A DNA stretch of 64,000 nt. It comes from Methanotrichaceae archaeon. Lineage in GTDB: Archaea; Halobacteriota; Methanosarcinia; Methanotrichales; Methanotrichaceae. Positions within the stretch are counted from its first letter, which is position 1. Each line of letters begins with the position of its first letter. Below are positions 19,502 through 29,871 of the stretch, one piece after another. The DNA is taken from NCBI GenBank assembly GCA_963748825.1, contig CAVVKN010000022.1:32001-96000 (forward strand), in the 5' to 3' direction. The notes under the pieces are model-generated. The model made no database searches, had not been told where the DNA came from, and worked only from the letters and a program-made list of their open reading frames with translations. A program made the translations under genes and the position numbers.

Positions 19502-20110
19502 TTATAATCCTTGGGCTGCAATTTTGCTTCGCGGTTTTCCGTCGAGAAGATCGAGCAGTTTTTCGTAATCTCCCACAGGAAAGCGAATGGATATGGATAA
19601 TGTAAATCCGCATGATTGGGTGGCGTTCAATCCTATGCAACCGTTCTCTTCATCAATGTATTCTCTGGCATCATGAGGATGGGCGGTATATTGCCAGCCA
19701 CCATCTGCACCCGTTATTCTGGAGTAAAGCCAGTTGTCGGCTGCAGGGCTGTTAATGGGATCAAGGCCCGATACTACGCGCGTTAAAAAAGCTTCTGCAT
19801 CTCCTGCGCCGAGAAATTCAATCCAGATGAGGCCCGGTTTATTTTCTTGACATGAATTGCAGGTAATGATGCCGCAGTTCCAGATGACTTGCAGCAATGG
19901 AGCTATCCCTTCGTCCACCTCGATCATCGTGTTTGATGACGGATCGAGAATTGCGGTTTGCTTGTGCTCAGTCAAAATCCTCTTGCTCCCTTTTCGTTCT
20001 CCACACGGATCTCCACAGGTCTCGATATGTCTCGATATATCTTGCATTAGCTTCGCCCGGCCAAATGCTTTTAGAAGAGCGTTCTGGGTGACAAAGCTGT
20101 AAGCCGCCAA
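19502..20110 (-). CDS. Hypothetical protein; start uncertain
   Basis: Long ORF containing VDEGIAPL..IW..GI.T..SCQ. Confidence 0.6.
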   Translation of the reverse strand: MAAYSFVTQNALLKAFGRAKLMQDISRHIETCGDPCGERKGSKRILTEHKQTAILDPSSNTMIEVDEGIAPLLQVIWNCGIITCNSCQENKPGLIWIEFLGAGDAEAFLTRVVSGLDPINSPAADNWLYSRITGADGGWQYTAHPHDAREYIDEENGCIGLNATQSCGFTLSISIRFPVGDYEKLLDLLDGKPRSKIAAQGL

Positions 20111-20195
20111 AAAGTTGAAATCTGCAGGGCCGGATGTCGCCCTACATAGCCGATTTATGGAACCGGCTAAAACAGATAGATCAAATCAAATAGGT

Positions 20196-20399
20196 TTAAT
20201 ATCTTCCGGGTGACCTGGCAGGTCTGTGCTTCTGGTAGCACTCGCTGCAGTAAACCGGCCTGGATCCGTCCGGCTTGAAGGGAACCTGGGTTTGCTTGCC
20301 GCATTCTGAGCAAGTTACGTCTGTCATTTCTCTGGGACCACTATTGTAGCCGCCGCTGCTGCTACCGCTACCGCGGTTTTCATATTTTCTTTCAAACAT
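20196..20399 (-). CDS. CxxC-x17-CxxC zinc-ribbon protein
   Basis: CSECGKQTQVPFKPDGSRPVYCSEC. Confidence 0.92.
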   Translation of the reverse strand: MFERKYENRGSGSSSGGYNSGPREMTDVTCSECGKQTQVPFKPDGSRPVYCSECYQKHRPARSPGRY

Positions 20400-20480
20400 T
20401 TAATTCACGTACCTTTTGGATCGATTCAAAGAATCGAACTCGCTACAAAAAACATCTCAACAAATCTCTTTGAATCGACG
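20400..20480 (-). promoter_or_regulatory. Conserved structured 5' leader
   Basis: Conserved with 51355-51435; TCGATTCAAAGA...TCTTTGAATCGA inverted repeat. Confidence 0.6.
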
Positions 20481-20569
20481 AAAATGTAACCTTTTCTAAG
20501 TAATCAATCAAGAATATATACCTGTTGGTCAAATGACAAATTGATTCGCAAAATATATGAGGCAACAGA

Positions 20570-21754
20570 TCATGAAGCTGCTTCCTTGATGACCTTTGCC
20601 AGCCTGGTGATGCCCTCGAAGATCTTTTCTTTATCGGAATTAGAGAAGTTCAGCCTCAGGGTGTTGCTGCCGCCCCCGTCTGCATAGAAGGCCAGACCGG
20701 GCACAAAGGCCACCTTTTCTTTTATAGCCCGGTTGAAGAGATCGAGAGACGACATGCCCTCCGGCAATGTCACCCAGAGGAACATTCCTCCCTCCGGTCT
20801 GGTGAAGCTGACGTCCTCAGGGAAGGTCTCCTGCATGGTCTGCACCATGAAATCCCTTTGCTCCTTGTAGGCTTTTCGGATCTTGGCGATGTGCCGTTCT
20901 ATGTCGTTGTCCTTGAGGTATTGATGCAAGATCCTCTGGCATAGATAATTGGAATGCAGGTCTGATGCCTGCTTAGCAATGATCAGCTTCTCCATGATCT
21001 CCTCGCAGGCACAGACCCATCCCAGCCGCACTCCTGGTGCGACGATCTTAGAGAAGGAGCCGAGCAAAACGGCGCTTTCACCCAGGAAATTTTTCATGGA
21101 CGGCCTGTCCTCGCCCATGAACCTCAGCTCGCCGTATGGATTGTCCTCAATGAAGACCGTGCTGTTGCTGCTGCCACTCAGCTTTTCCGCCACAGCTCGG
21201 AGTTTGTTTTCGGAATATGTGATGCCGGTGGGATTCTGGAAGTTGGGGACAGAGTAGAACAGCTTGGAGTCGCCCATCAAGAGAGCCTTTTCCAGTGCCT
21301 TCGGATCGACTCCGTCCTCTTGCAGTGGTATGGAGTGAAATTTGGGCTCGAAGAAGCCGAAAGACTGAATCGCGGCCAGATAGGTGGGCCATTCCAGGAT
21401 AACGCCGTCGCCTTTATTCAAGAATACCTTGCTCAGGAGATCGAGGCCCTGCTGAGAGCCGTTAGTGATCAAGATCTCAGAGGCTTCTGTTTTCACGCCC
21501 CGCCTGGCATACCTCTCTGCGATCATCTCCCTCAGGGGAAGGTAACCTTCCGTAGTGCTGTACTGCAGTGCAGCCTCGCCGCACTCGCTCAAAACCTTCT
21601 CTGCGGCCAGGGCTACCTCATGCACCGGAAAATATCTGGGGTTGGGAAGTCCGCCCGCAAAGGATATGATTTCGGGGTCCTCTGTCACCTTCAGAATCTC
21701 CCTCACGAACGATCTATGGACACAACCCATCCTATCTGCGAACAATCTGGTCAT
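20570..21754 (-). CDS. PLP-dependent class I aminotransferase (Aro8/LysN-like)
   Basis: ISFAGGLP, PNFQNPTG, EDNPY and GSFSKIVAPGVRLGW motifs. Confidence 0.93.
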   Translation of the reverse strand: MTRLFADRMGCVHRSFVREILKVTEDPEIISFAGGLPNPRYFPVHEVALAAEKVLSECGEAALQYSTTEGYLPLREMIAERYARRGVKTEASEILITNGSQQGLDLLSKVFLNKGDGVILEWPTYLAAIQSFGFFEPKFHSIPLQEDGVDPKALEKALLMGDSKLFYSVPNFQNPTGITYSENKLRAVAEKLSGSSNSTVFIEDNPYGELRFMGEDRPSMKNFLGESAVLLGSFSKIVAPGVRLGWVCACEEIMEKLIIAKQASDLHSNYLCQRILHQYLKDNDIERHIAKIRKAYKEQRDFMVQTMQETFPEDVSFTRPEGGMFLWVTLPEGMSSLDLFNRAIKEKVAFVPGLAFYADGGGSNTLRLNFSNSDKEKIFEGITRLAKVIKEAAS

Positions 21755-21931
21755 TTTGATTCGTCTCCTGTCCATCGCCTTTGCCAGAAAAACACCGAAG
21801 AGATCCGCTTTCTTGCCAAAGGCGAAGGTCGAAAGCTCCTTTTTATAATATCTTTTGCGAATTAATTTCTACATTCTCTAAACTTGCCTTAAGATACTGT
21901 TATATCCCCTTAGCGATTGAAAGGCAATTTC

Positions 21932-23641
21932 ATGCCAGGCAAAGTCTCGCACAGCTATGCTTTTCGCGGCTCGGAAAAACCGCTTATTGGAAAGACCATC
22001 GGCGATATGTTCGATGAAATAGCGGAAAAATATCCTGATAACGACGCAATTGTATCCATCCACCAGGGAACGCGATACACATACCGTGAGCTGCAAAAGG
22101 AGCTGAACCGCGCCGCGAAGGGTTTCATTGCTCTGGGCATGAAGAAGGGCGACCGTCTGGCCATCTGGGCCACAAACCTGGCGGAATGGATCATCACCCA
22201 GTTCGCCACGGCAAAAGCTGGCATCATCATGGTGAACATCAATCCTGCCTACCGGACGCACGAACTGGAGTATGCTCTGCGCCAGTCGGAAGCGCAGACC
22301 CTGCTGCTCATGGACCGCTTCAAGAGCTCGGACTACGTCCAGATGCTCTACGATGTTTGTCCTGAGGCCAAGACTGCCCAGCCGGGAAAGATTCACTCCG
22401 AGAAGCTGCCATTTCTCCGGACGGCAGTGATGATCCGAGGTGAGAAGCAGCCGGGCATGTATTCCTGGGATGAGGTCTTGAAGATGGGGGACGAAGTGCC
22501 CGATGAGATTTTGCAGGAGAGGGAAGAGAGCCTGGACTTTGACGATCCCATAAACATTCAGTACACCTCGGGCACAACCGGTTTCCCGAAGGGCGTGGTT
22601 CTCACGCACCATAACATCCTCAACAACGGCTACTTTATCGGCGAGTGCATGAAGTTTACGGATAAAGATCGGCTCTGCATACCTGTTCCTTTTTACCATT
22701 GCTTCGGCATGGTGCTCTCCAATTTGGCCTGCATGACGCACGGAGCCACAATGGTGCTGCCTGCCGAGTACTTCGATCCTGTCTTAGTCATGTCTGCCAT
22801 AGAGAAGGAGCGCTGCACAGCCGTGCACGGCGTTCCCACCATGTTCGTGGCGGAGCTTGAGCACCCCGATTTTTCCAAATACGACTTCTCAAGCCTGCGT
22901 ACAGGAATCATGGCCGGATCGCCCTGTCCCATTGAGTTCATGAAGAAGGTGAGCACCCTTATGAATATGCGAGAGGTGGTGATCACCTACGGCCAGACGG
23001 AGGCGTCACCCGGCATCACCATGTCCTCCACCGATGATTCCCTGGAGCAGAGGGTCTCGACCATCGGCCGGCCCATGCCGCATACTGAGATGAAGATCGT
23101 GGACCCCAAGACGGGCAAGATGGTCTCCCGTGGGGAGACGGGCGAGATATGCGCCCGCGGCTACATGATCATGCGCTGCTACTACAACAATCCAGTGGCC
23201 ACCGATCAGTGCGTGGACAAGGAGGGGTGGCTGCACACCGGCGACCTGGGCACTCTGGACGATGAGGACTACTGCAAAATTACAGGTCGGCTCAAGGACA
23301 TGGTCATCCGGGGCGGTGAAAACATCTACCCGAGGGAGATTGAGGAGTTCCTCTACACTCATCCGGCTATAAGCGATGTGCAGGTCATTGGTGTGCCGGA
23401 CAAGAAGTACGGCGAGGAGATCATGGCCTGGATCAAGCTCAAGAAGGACGCAACGGCTAGCGCGGAAGAGATCAAGGCTTTTTGCAAGGGAAGGGTCGCG
23501 CACTTCAAAGTTCCCAGGTACATCAAGTTCGTGGACGACTTCCCCATGACAGTGAGCGGCAAGATTCAGAAGTTCAAGATGAGAGATGAGTCCATCAAGG
23601 AGTTGGGACTGGAGGAAGCGGCCATGATGAAGACGGCTTAA
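21932..23641 (+). CDS. AMP-binding acyl-CoA synthetase
   Basis: YTSGTTGFPKG, YGQTE, HTGDLG and GRLKDMVIRGGENIYP motifs. Confidence 0.95.
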   Translation: MPGKVSHSYAFRGSEKPLIGKTIGDMFDEIAEKYPDNDAIVSIHQGTRYTYRELQKELNRAAKGFIALGMKKGDRLAIWATNLAEWIITQFATAKAGIIMVNINPAYRTHELEYALRQSEAQTLLLMDRFKSSDYVQMLYDVCPEAKTAQPGKIHSEKLPFLRTAVMIRGEKQPGMYSWDEVLKMGDEVPDEILQEREESLDFDDPINIQYTSGTTGFPKGVVLTHHNILNNGYFIGECMKFTDKDRLCIPVPFYHCFGMVLSNLACMTHGATMVLPAEYFDPVLVMSAIEKERCTAVHGVPTMFVAELEHPDFSKYDFSSLRTGIMAGSPCPIEFMKKVSTLMNMREVVITYGQTEASPGITMSSTDDSLEQRVSTIGRPMPHTEMKIVDPKTGKMVSRGETGEICARGYMIMRCYYNNPVATDQCVDKEGWLHTGDLGTLDDEDYCKITGRLKDMVIRGGENIYPREIEEFLYTHPAISDVQVIGVPDKKYGEEIMAWIKLKKDATASAEEIKAFCKGRVAHFKVPRYIKFVDDFPMTVSGKIQKFKMRDESIKELGLEEAAMMKTA

Positions 23642-23866
23642 GGCCCGCTCTCTTTGTTTTTCTATTTTTGCTTTTGATGTTCTTGATCTTGATTATTTCA
23701 TTTTTTAACAATTGACAATTGATGAGTACTAACTGCAAACTTTTGTATTCTGGATTCAGGCACCGGAGCTTTCTCCCATTCGCCGAAAAATATCCGGCTC
23801 AAGATTTTGAAGCCAAGAGAGGCAGATTTTTAATCTTTGTCTGTAGATTATTACAGGATCAAATTT

Positions 23867-24025
23867 ATGAAAATCATCGATATCTTGAGACGAAATGAGC
23901 AGGAGATGAAAAAGAGATTTCATGTGAGAAGGATTGGCCTGTTCGGCTCCTTTGCTCGTGGGAAAAAGATACCAGTGATGTAGATATAATGGTGGAATTT
24001 GAAGAGCCGACCTTCGATAACTTTA
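23867..24025 (+). pseudogene. Minimal nucleotidyltransferase (MNT antitoxin) 5' fragment
   Basis: MKIIDILRR...IGLFGSFARG/SDVDIMVEFEEPTFDNF, cut by an IS end. Confidence 0.75.
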
Positions 24026-24465
24026 TAGTCATCCTCATAAGTTTTTATAATCTTTATTATTTAATATAAACTTTTCAATCCAGTAACCTGCATAACTCTT
24101 ACATTCTGCGAACCTGCAAAAGGATTCTGTGATGATGCGCCTCATCTCAGCCAGATTTGGGACAGAAGAGATAGACAATACTCTTTTTATAGATTTCCAG
24201 ATGAACTCAATTGGATTTAAATTTGGAGAATATGGCGGAAGATAGACGAGATATATGCCAAGTTCACTGGCCTTCTGCCTAACGAGTGCGCTCTTGTGGG
24301 ATGAGAAGTTGTCTGTGATAATCACAATCGCCCGATATGCGTCATTTGAGGCTTCTATATCATTTAAGAAGCCCGCTATTGATGGAGCCTTGGAGTCTTC
24401 AAGAAACTTACTTACACTGTTTCCTTTTATCGCATAGAATCCAATTGTGTTCGTATCTAAGTTGC
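24026..24465 (-). mobile_element. IS630-family transposase 3' fragment with its right end
   Basis: DNFSSH and YLPPYSPNLNPIEFIWK motifs; the element ends at a TA site. Confidence 0.88.
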
Positions 24466-24703
24466 AAGCTGCGGGGCATCCAAGGCGCAGCCGCATGAAT
24501 TGGCCCGCAGAAGGACCGTCCCAAGGAAATCAGCTGGGCTAACGTCCCCTCAAAAATCCTGATCTCTTCTATTTAGCGATCGTGGGCCTCTATCCGTCGG
24601 CTGGAAGGGCCGGGGTCATCCTATATGCCCCAGCGCAATTCAAATGCAAGGTGGTTGAAAAATATTTCACATTCAATAGGCGGCTATTTATTCAGGAAAG
24701 CCC

Positions 24704-25612
24704 ATGTTCATGAATATGCTTGAAAAGATCGGAACCGTCCGAAACTATGCAGACACCGATGCCCTGCAATTTCTCGCCCTTTTCAAAGACAGCATAAGCG
24801 AAATTCAACTCAGCCAAAGCGTTGATTCCTCAGCATATTTCAGCCCCGAATATTCTCACTACATCATCGTCCACACCCCGCTCGACATGGAGTATTCGGG
24901 ACACGGAAAGGAATGGAACGAGCGTTTTTGCGGCGTTGCTGGGGTTTCGATCGTTGAATTGATAGAGGGCGGAGGCGGGAGAGATGCGATTTACGTCAAG
25001 GGGCTCATGGCCGCAAACGAGTCAAAGGTTTATGCTATCCTTCCTTACACCCACATCGACGCAGCTATTTGCAAAGATGCGAGCTTCCCGGAATCCCGGC
25101 CCACGGCCACGAGAAACCGGGTGTGGCCCGCTGTCCTTTCAAAGATCGAGGGCGAGAAGATCCTCGATGTCGGATGCGGTTTTGGAAGGCTGACCCTCGA
25201 TATCGCAGAGCATAACCCAGAATCCAAGGTTTTCGGGGTCGATCTTTTCGATTCCCTTACCGGGCAGGCCCGGATGAACGCCGAAGTTCTGGGCATAAAA
25301 AACGTCGAATTCAAGACGGCAAGCGCCTATGCCCTCCCCTTTGAAGACGGTTCCTTTGAAACTGTCTTCTCATTTTTCATGCTCCACCATCTCGACGGGA
25401 TCCCGAAAGGTTTGCTGGAAATCCGGCGCGTGCTTCAAAAAGATGGTGGATTTGTGGCAGTGGAACCTATCGGACACCATCACGGCCCGAACTATTCTGG
25501 AAGCGACTGGGAACGAATCTTCGAAGAAGCAGGATTTTGGGCTGAAGCGGAAGAAAGAGACTTTGCGCTGATAATCAGGGCCCAGAAGAGCGATGAAAAA
25601 ACGAAGGAATAA
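24704..25612 (+). CDS. Class I SAM-dependent methyltransferase with a degenerate TsaA/TrmO-like N-terminal region
   Basis: ILDVGCGFG, LPFEDGSFE and LHH motifs; N-terminus IGTVRN...VELI...IYVKGL...ILPY. Confidence 0.8.
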   Translation: MFMNMLEKIGTVRNYADTDALQFLALFKDSISEIQLSQSVDSSAYFSPEYSHYIIVHTPLDMEYSGHGKEWNERFCGVAGVSIVELIEGGGGRDAIYVKGLMAANESKVYAILPYTHIDAAICKDASFPESRPTATRNRVWPAVLSKIEGEKILDVGCGFGRLTLDIAEHNPESKVFGVDLFDSLTGQARMNAEVLGIKNVEFKTASAYALPFEDGSFETVFSFFMLHHLDGIPKGLLEIRRVLQKDGGFVAVEPIGHHHGPNYSGSDWERIFEEAGFWAEAEERDFALIIRAQKSDEKTKE

Positions 25613-25889
25613 GGCGCCCCGCTGTCTTAAATGGAAAAAAACCGGCTGGTTAAAAATCCAGGGATAAAGTCACCATAAATATCGGATGGCTGGATACCTT
25701 GAGATCATAACTATGGTCTCGGCTATTGCAATCTCAGCCAAGCAGGGCGATTGTGCAGCATCCGGTCACTGGGGCATGGAATTGGACTGTAGTGCAGGCT
25801 TGGGCCTCGGCATACCCGCCGGCGGAAATGGAGGAGCGGGATCGCTTCGTCGCCTGCAGTTCGATCGATTTGTATGGCCGATGGAATCT

Positions 25890-27299
25890 TCACCACATCT
25901 TGTACCCCAAGAACCTCACCGCATAGATCAGCCCGATCACTATCACAGCCACCCCGAAGATCTTGGTGACGTACTTTCCTGCCGAGATGTACTTCTCGCC
26001 GATCTGCCCGCCCACTGCCCGGGAAAAGGTAGCTATGGGAATCACCGGCACGCCATGCCCGACGCCGAAGACGAAGAGCATCAGTCCACCCGCCAGGGGC
26101 GTTACATCCTGGGAGATGAGCCAGATGAGCACGGGAAAGACGAGAGAGACGGCACAGGGGGCCCATCCCAGGGCAAAGAAGACGCCCAAAGCAAAAGCGC
26201 CGATGAAGGCCGAGTACTGGAAGAGTCCCATAGAGAAGCGGACCAGCCGCTCCATGATGCCCTTCTTCTCAGGAGCTGATTCTCCGGAAAGAGCATCGGA
26301 ATGATCCTGGCGCAAAGAGAGGCGAGAGCGCACCGGCTCTATGATCTCACCAATGGGCTTGATGATATTTATGCCAAGGATTACCATCAGCATTCCTGCA
26401 GCCAGATCAAAGAAGCGGGCCTGGCGAATGAAGACGCCAATGTCGGAGAGGAACAGCCCCACCACGAAGAAGACCATGGCCATGCCTAAAGTGAAGGCCA
26501 CACCGATCATGAAGCCCTCTTTTGAAGCCGAGGCAGACTTCTTAAGGTACTCCTCCTTCCTGCGGGCCGTCATGACGTAGGAGAACATGGCCAGCAGAAG
26601 GGCTACGGAGCAGGGGGAAAGGGAGGTTACAATTCCTAAGCCAAACATGCCCAGGTAGTTTACGCTCTGGCTGGACGTTATCCCCTTGAACCCGGAGGCA
26701 TCTCCCCGCCCCAGGCCTAACAGATCGCTGTACAAAGTATCAGCGCTCTTTATTCCGTCTATCTCCCCCTTGCCGAGTTGATAGACGTGATAGAGGCCGG
26801 CCACCTTTCCCTCTTTGTCGATGAGGATCAGGGTGGGGTTGGCAAAGCCGCCTTCCAGGGTGGAGTAGTCGATGTACCTGCCCGTGAGAGGATATGGCTC
26901 GAAGTCCTCAATCCAGGGCCAGGTTACATTGATGTTCCACCAGGCACCGGCCAAAGCCCGGCCGTCTTTAGAGTAGGGATTTTTTCGGACGTTGAGGGTT
27001 ATGATTTTTATGCCTGGATCTTTCTGTGCGAGCAGGGAAAGCTGGCTGGTCTGAGCGTTTAGAGCATGCTCGCACTCCCGGCAGAGGGGATTTTCAATGT
27101 TGGTGATGTGCAGAAGGACAACCTCGCCCCGATAGTCGCTTAGAGAGATGTCTTTCCCATCAAGGTCCACTGCCTGAAAATCAGGAGCAATAGCCTCCTC
27201 AGATAGGCCAGAGGACGAGCACATGAAGAAGATAGAAATTAAGATGGCAAAAAGAGTGATTGACCCCGATATCAGGGATTTTTTACTTTTTATTGACAT
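25890..27299 (-). CDS. ccdA: Redoxin-CcdA (DsbD-like) fusion
   Basis: APDF..DLDG..ISLSDYRG and CREC redoxin motifs; SPC and WAPC transmembrane cysteines. Confidence 0.88.
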   Translation of the reverse strand: MSIKSKKSLISGSITLFAILISIFFMCSSSGLSEEAIAPDFQAVDLDGKDISLSDYRGEVVLLHITNIENPLCRECEHALNAQTSQLSLLAQKDPGIKIITLNVRKNPYSKDGRALAGAWWNINVTWPWIEDFEPYPLTGRYIDYSTLEGGFANPTLILIDKEGKVAGLYHVYQLGKGEIDGIKSADTLYSDLLGLGRGDASGFKGITSSQSVNYLGMFGLGIVTSLSPCSVALLLAMFSYVMTARRKEEYLKKSASASKEGFMIGVAFTLGMAMVFFVVGLFLSDIGVFIRQARFFDLAAGMLMVILGINIIKPIGEIIEPVRSRLSLRQDHSDALSGESAPEKKGIMERLVRFSMGLFQYSAFIGAFALGVFFALGWAPCAVSLVFPVLIWLISQDVTPLAGGLMLFVFGVGHGVPVIPIATFSRAVGGQIGEKYISAGKYVTKIFGVAVIVIGLIYAVRFLGYKMW

Positions 27300-27328
27300 T
27301 GCAGCGATCCCTTATCTGAGGTCTGCCT

Positions 27329-27862
27329 TCACGGGTTCCAGTTTGCGGAGTTTTCATCATAGTGGCTTAATGCATCCTCCACATATTTTTTGACCCAGAC
27401 ATCGCCTGTGACCACATCCGTGCTGTGCCAGACCGGCACTACCTCGCCTTCGGAATTTGGGGCCAAAGTTACCAAGACGGTCAAAGGCACGTACATAATT
27501 CCGCCGTTGGGATCATAGACCTGCATGGCTTCCTCGGACCTGGCATCACTGCCATCGGCGCCTATCTCGAAAAATGTGATCTGGCCATTGAATTCATCGG
27601 TTATATTCTGCACGGCCTCTGTCTGAGGCGTACAATAACTGCACGACTTGTGGATATAGATCAGCACAGGCTTGCTTTTCAGGGCGTCCAAAACCCAGGA
27701 TGGATGATTGACATCGCCGCCGGCGCCTGAGGACTGGTCAGGATAAGCCGTCCACCAGTCATCATTTCCCGATCCTACAGAAGATTCAGCTCCCATGGCG
27801 TTAATGCCGGATGCCAAAAGGATGATCGCAATCAAAGATGATATTTTCTTAATTTTGTCCAT
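27329..27862 (-). CDS. Exported thioredoxin-like protein
   Basis: Signal peptide, KPVLIY...CSYC and cis-Pro YVP; start taken at MDKIKK. Confidence 0.8.
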   Translation of the reverse strand: MDKIKKISSLIAIILLASGINAMGAESSVGSGNDDWWTAYPDQSSGAGGDVNHPSWVLDALKSKPVLIYIHKSCSYCTPQTEAVQNITDEFNGQITFFEIGADGSDARSEEAMQVYDPNGGIMYVPLTVLVTLAPNSEGEVVPVWHSTDVVTGDVWVKKYVEDALSHYDENSANWNP

Positions 27863-28394
27863 TGAATACACTCTCCACGTTGCTTGATGTTCTTTTCCAC
27901 ACTCGTTCCCAATGCCGATAGCATCGACATTATTGGATATAAGTCTTTCGACTTTATGATCTATAGAGCCATACATAAAAAAAATATTGGCTTAAATCTC
28001 TTCAAATCAACTATATTTCAAAGAGCGTATGTGTTATCAATTGTTAATTTCGATTCGCTTGTTTTGTAAATGTAAATATCAAATTTATTATATTCAATTA
28101 AAGACAGATGTCGTACTTGGGTTTGACTGTATGACGGGAAAATTTTATATATTGAAATAACTGGATATGGATGTCCAGACAGCCCTGCAATTGGGGCGGA
28201 TTTAGAAGTTAAAGGTGAATGACCAAAATGAGCCCAGTTCAATGCGAAATCTGCAATAGTGAAGTAGAATCCCTCTTCATAGTCAGTCACAAAGAGAGAG
28301 GGAGAATAAGAATATGCGAGGGTTGTTTGAAGCAAGAAGCGCAAAACCTCCTGGCTCAAAAAAGCTGCGGTTGCTGTTGAGAGAGGATCAGTCT

Positions 28395-28787
28395 ATGGCA
28401 TGTGTTCCGAAAGAGGCTGTCAGCAGGATGACGCGGCTGATTGGAGACGCCGATAAGGCCGAGTGCAAAGTCAATAAGCTGCGCTCCATTACAAGCAAGC
28501 TGGATGAGAAGGACATCGAAGTTGAGGCAGAAATATTCAAGGCCATGGCCGATCCCTGCCGCCTCAAGATCCTGTCGCTTCTGCGGGAAGGCGAGCTATG
28601 CGTCTGCGAGATCATGATCGGCGTGGACCGACCGCAATCCAGCACTTCTCACCACCTCTCCATCCTCAAGGATGCAGGGCTCATCAAAGAACGCAAGGAC
28701 GGAAGATGGTCCAGATACCGGCTGTCCGAAGGCACTGTAATAGATATGCTCAATTTAGTGAAGCTGATGAAAGAAGCTAAAGTCTGA
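28395..28787 (+). CDS. arsR: ArsR/SmtB transcriptional repressor
   Basis: FKAMADPCRLKIL, ELCVCEI and SHHL..LK.AGL motifs. Confidence 0.92.
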   Translation: MACVPKEAVSRMTRLIGDADKAECKVNKLRSITSKLDEKDIEVEAEIFKAMADPCRLKILSLLREGELCVCEIMIGVDRPQSSTSHHLSILKDAGLIKERKDGRWSRYRLSEGTVIDMLNLVKLMKEAKV

Positions 28788-28802
28788 GAGAGGCAACAAT
28801 CA

Positions 28803-29834
28803 ATGACCAAATTCAATACTATTGGAATTCTGATACTTTCCTTGATAGCTTTTGCTCCCGTGGTGGACGCAGGCTGCAGTTGCAGTGGGGGCACCTGGGA
28901 TCCCAGTGGTTTCCTGAATTCTGAGCTTGGCACGGGCCAGCCCGTTCCAGGAACCAGCAAAGTTAGCGCTGCGGAAAATTCAGGGAGCGGCACGCAAGAG
29001 CCGTTAGATAGAGTGGCATCCTTCCCTAATGGTGCGATCATCAAAGCTATGAAGAGCGTTTCCAGCTCAGATGTGGTAATGGACGTGTCTAACGGAAACA
29101 GCTATGCATCGTCCCACATTAAGGACGCCATTCACATTCCAAGCAAAGACTTCCTTAACGGCGAAGGCGACCTTAAGACAGATGAAGAACTTGCCAAGGT
29201 CCTAGGCGATGCCGGTGTTTCCAGAGACGATTCCATAGTTCTTTACGGTAGCAAAGAGAGCTTTGGCGAGGCTGAATTTGCTTTCTTGGTGCTGCGCTAT
29301 CTGGGACAAAAGGACTTGTTGCTCCTGGACGGAAGCCTGGCAGACTGGAAGGCTGCGGGACTGCCCGAGCAGGTATCGGGGAACATAAAGCCTGGCGTAG
29401 AGTACAAGCCCTTGGTCAAGCCAGAGGTAATAGCCGAATACGAATATGTGAAGTCCGGCCAGGCCCAGATCATAGACGTCCGGCCTTTTGTGGAATTTGG
29501 CAAGGGTCGCATACCAGGTTCTACCGCACTGGATCCATCCAATGTGATCAAAGGGGATAAGATCAAAAACAGCGATGATCTGAGCGCCATTTTCAGCAGG
29601 TTGGACAAAGACAAGCCGATTGTGGTCTATTCCGATGATTACAGCCGGTCATCTCTGGTCTGGTATGCCCTGCAGCTCATGGGATATGAGGCCAGCATCT
29701 ACACCTGGGAGGACTGGAAGGCGCACAAGTCTGGGGAAGTGGCTACTGAAACGACCTCAGACACCGGAAACAAGACGTCCACTGCCGGTGAAGACGCTGC
29801 AGGCTCGAAGTACACAAAGCTTGGCACGACATGA
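28803..29834 (+). CDS. Exported tandem rhodanese-like protein
   Basis: Signal peptide, [16 protein letters not shown] and DVRP..F..GRIPGS; active-site loops lack Cys. Confidence 0.82.
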   Translation: MTKFNTIGILILSLIAFAPVVDAGCSCSGGTWDPSGFLNSELGTGQPVPGTSKVSAAENSGSGTQEPLDRVASFPNGAIIKAMKSVSSSDVVMDVSNGNSYASSHIKDAIHIPSKDFLNGEGDLKTDEELAKVLGDAGVSRDDSIVLYGSKESFGEAEFAFLVLRYLGQKDLLLLDGSLADWKAAGLPEQVSGNIKPGVEYKPLVKPEVIAEYEYVKSGQAQIIDVRPFVEFGKGRIPGSTALDPSNVIKGDKIKNSDDLSAIFSRLDKDKPIVVYSDDYSRSSLVWYALQLMGYEASIYTWEDWKAHKSGEVATETTSDTGNKTSTAGEDAAGSKYTKLGTT

Positions 29835-29871
29835 GAAACTTTTAATTTTTTATCAATGGAGGGAGGAGTTA

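Noticed and set aside
21878-23503. Long antisense ORFs opposite the acyl-CoA synthetase (similar ones lie opposite drg, uvrC and feoB)
   Set aside because: Shadow frames of GC-rich coding sequence with no recognisable motifs.
24704-25612. Arsenite methyltransferase ArsM
   Set aside because: Lacks the conserved multiple-cysteine pattern of ArsM despite lying near acr3.
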